Source of the DNA: a virus
Virus record (IMG/VR): IMGVR_UViG_3300017971_000201
Span: 32,001-96,000 of that record
Length of the DNA: 64,000 bases
Direction: 5' to 3' (one strand)
Shown: positions 62,395-64,000 of the stretch, one piece after another
How positions within the stretch are numbered: position 1 is the first letter of the stretch
Layout of the letters: every line of letters begins with the position of its first letter
Made by a program: the position numbers and the translations under genes
Notes under the pieces: generated by a model
The model's input: only the letters and a program-made list of their open reading frames with translations
Databases searched by the model: none
What the model was told of the DNA's origin: nothing

Positions 62395-62587
62395 GAGGGC
62401 AAGCTACCACGAGGCAGTCGCCTGGATCAGCCACAACGACGAGGCTGGCAGCGACGACGCCCTCAACATGGAGTGGGTCTCATGCTACGTGACGGTCTGC
62501 TTGATCGCCGACATCTTCGGTAAGACGTCAGAGGAGGTCGCGAAGGCCGTGATCCGTCACCGCAAGAAGTGGAAGGCGAATGACTGA
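62384..62587 (+). CDS. hypothetical protein
   Basis: Y.EAV.WI..ND...VTV.LIADIFGK small phage-type ORF. Confidence 0.65.
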   Translation: MKGKRASYHEAVAWISHNDEAGSDDALNMEWVSCYVTVCLIADIFGKTSEEVAKAVIRHRKKWKAND

Positions 62588-63233
62588 CCGAGACATCCTG
62601 AAGACGATCCGCTCGGCAAGGAAGTGGATCGCCCACTACAAGCCGTTCCACAAGGAGCCGAGCTGCGCGAAGAAGCTGCGCTCGTGGCGGCGTAGGCTGA
62701 GGATCACGCTGGCCGAGGCCGATGCCCGCCAGCTCGACGTACCTCCCGACCCCTACGCTCCACCACCGCCTCCGCCACCTCCGCCGCCGCCCCCCACGGA
62801 GGAAGAGATCAAGGCGAAGCACCTGGCCGAGCTGCGCGGCACCCGCTTCCTGGCCGACTGGTCGGTCTGCAAGGGGACGACCGCCTGGGCCGCCTGGGGC
62901 AGCTCCGGCTGGTCGGCCGTCACGATCATCACCCCGGCCCGCGTCTGGGCCACGGCGAAGCGCGTAGACGCCCGATCTGGCGAGCCCGTGACCAAGAAGA
63001 CGGCCCACGTGCGAATGGACCGCCTGGTGCGCCGAGACGCGTCCCTGGGCGGCAAGGACAAGCCGGCCCTGCTCCCGAGCGAGGTCTTCCCGGAGGAGGA
63101 AGACGAGGAGACCGAGCCGGCCGAACCCGAGCCCATCGATGAGCGGGACCCGGAGGTTACCGAGGCCGTGCAGAAGCGTCTGCCGGCACTGCTCGACATG
63201 ATCGACGACGACGCGACGGTCGACGACTGGTAG
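62580..63233 (+). CDS. hypothetical protein with poly-Pro linker
   Basis: Coupled ORF containing a run of about 12 Pro. Confidence 0.65.
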   Translation: MTDRDILKTIRSARKWIAHYKPFHKEPSCAKKLRSWRRRLRITLAEADARQLDVPPDPYAPPPPPPPPPPPPTEEEIKAKHLAELRGTRFLADWSVCKGTTAWAAWGSSGWSAVTIITPARVWATAKRVDARSGEPVTKKTAHVRMDRLVRRDASLGGKDKPALLPSEVFPEEEDEETEPAEPEPIDERDPEVTEAVQKRLPALLDMIDDDATVDDW

Positions 63234-63596
63234 TTAGCAGTCCGCGAGTCGACCGAGCCCGGTCACCGGGTCAGTGATCTCTAGTTCATAAAACGGCACG
63301 ATCGGGTCGCCGCCGCCGCGAACCCAACGGAGACGAGCGCAGATCATCTCGTCATCTTCGTTGAAGAAGATGTCCTCCACCTGTCCAAGACGGCCTGATC
63401 GGTCGGTCACCAGGTCGCCGGGATAGATGTGCTCGTGCTCGTGGGCACCGGTACCGCCGGTGGCCGCAGTCATGCGGTGCTGGCCGTCCATCAGCAGTCC
63501 ACCGGGAGTCATATGCGAGGAAGTCGACCAATTCCCCAGCTTGAGACGCTCCTTGTAGATGGCTACGACCAGTGGATGAGGCTCCCTGCTAGACAT
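63234..63596 (-). CDS. hypothetical protein (DGQHR fragment + SH3-like)
   Basis: RBS GAGGAG; LLMDGQHRM and PGDLV...GQV motifs. Confidence 0.6.
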   Translation of the reverse strand: MSSREPHPLVVAIYKERLKLGNWSTSSHMTPGGLLMDGQHRMTAATGGTGAHEHEHIYPGDLVTDRSGRLGQVEDIFFNEDDEMICARLRWVRGGGDPIVPFYELEITDPVTGLGRLADC

Positions 63597-63614
63597 TTGA
63601 TTCTCCTCGGGTCA

Positions 63615-63661
63615 GTTCTACCCGGGTCTTCCGACAGTCGGAGCTGAACCCTGGGTAGAAC
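63615..63661. promoter_or_regulatory. divergent GGGTAGAAC pair
   Basis: 63615-63623(-) and 63653-63661(+), 29 bp apart, between divergent genes. Confidence 0.7.
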
Positions 63662-63667
63662 GTCACC

Positions 63668-64000
63668 ATGAGCGAGCTGGAAATCGGTACCGAGGTCTAC
63701 TGGCACGACAAGAACGGCGTCCGCCAGCGCGGCCGGGTCTGCGCTGACGGCGCCTCTCAGGTGGTCCGGCCCTACGACGCGATCGGCCGGCTCCAGCTCG
63801 AGAAGCACGTGCCCGTCAGCCCGCTCATGAAACTCGCGTCAGGTGTCGATCAGCTGGCGGAACTGGCTCCGATCGTCATGCACCTGTCCCACCTGATCGA
63901 GCAGTACGAGGGTGGCCGTGGCGCCCCCAAGTCGACCTACTGCGGCGACTGGAAGATCGACATCAGCACCAGGCCGTGGACGCTCCACAGTCCGAAGACC
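63668..64000 (+). CDS. hypothetical SH3-like protein (runs off window)
   Basis: ATG 6 nt after TAGAAC; MSELEIGTEVYWHDKNG...SGVDQLAELAP... Confidence 0.6.
   Translation, partial: MSELEIGTEVYWHDKNGVRQRGRVCADGASQVVRPYDAIGRLQLEKHVPVSPLMKLASGVDQLAELAPIVMHLSHLIEQYEGGRGAPKSTYCGDWKIDISTRPWTLHSPKT

Noticed and set aside
62757-62795. CCG/CCA microsatellite as a phase-variation tract (also the GAG run at 104-124)
   Set aside because: Imperfect triplet repeats encoding poly-Pro or poly-Glu linkers; slippage would preserve the frame.
1-64000. CRISPR array, tRNA or rRNA genes, integrase/att site, DGR reverse transcriptase
   Set aside because: No regularly spaced direct repeats, cloverleaf or rRNA-like sequence, and no recombinase or RT motifs seen. 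Intergenic gaps are very short. A tRNAscan/Infernal run would be needed to be certain.
1-64000. Alternative genetic code (stop-codon reassignment)
   Set aside because: Genes are full length under the standard bacterial code, and TAG, TGA and TAA all terminate genes at coupled junctions.

Overview
The window is a 64-kb, high-GC segment of a large (probably jumbo) myophage genome. It has dense, mostly minus-strand operons with frequent 1-4 nt stop/start overlaps, and I saw no rRNA, tRNA or CRISPR array. 1-16.4 kb is an accessory/metabolic region: a MoxR-type AAA ATPase with a VWA/HExxH partner, thymidine kinase, an intein-containing deoxynucleoside kinase, an amino-DNA methyltransferase, a PPP-type phosphatase, an ADP-ribosylglycohydrolase and many small ORFs. 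16.6-62 kb is a contractile-tail morphogenesis module: neck, tail terminator, sheath, tubes, a frameshifted assembly chaperone, tape measure, baseplate, three paralogous fibres, a beta-helix spike, patatin and a lipoprotein. 62-64 kb returns to small accessory ORFs. Head genes are not in the window. Most notable observations: (1) three different ways of hiding a homing endonuclease without breaking a host gene, namely an antisense HNH gene with a putative leaderless promoter inside an intein, an out-of-frame HNH gene inside a methyltransferase, and a PD-(D/E)xK nuclease that shares the tail-tube N-terminus MARAAS; (2) a short shared peptide (about S/D-A-V/I-E/D-x-L-A/G-x-L-A) at or near the C-terminus of about 10 mostly unrelated proteins; (3) two repeated promoter-like motifs, GTGAGAA-N11-GTTGTTGRGAG (5 copies) and GGGTAGAAC (7 copies, four of them in back-to-back pairs exactly 29 bp apart); (4) T4-like capsid-targeting/LxE propeptides on a cluster of putative ejected proteins. 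All family assignments come from motif recognition by eye; no database searches were run.
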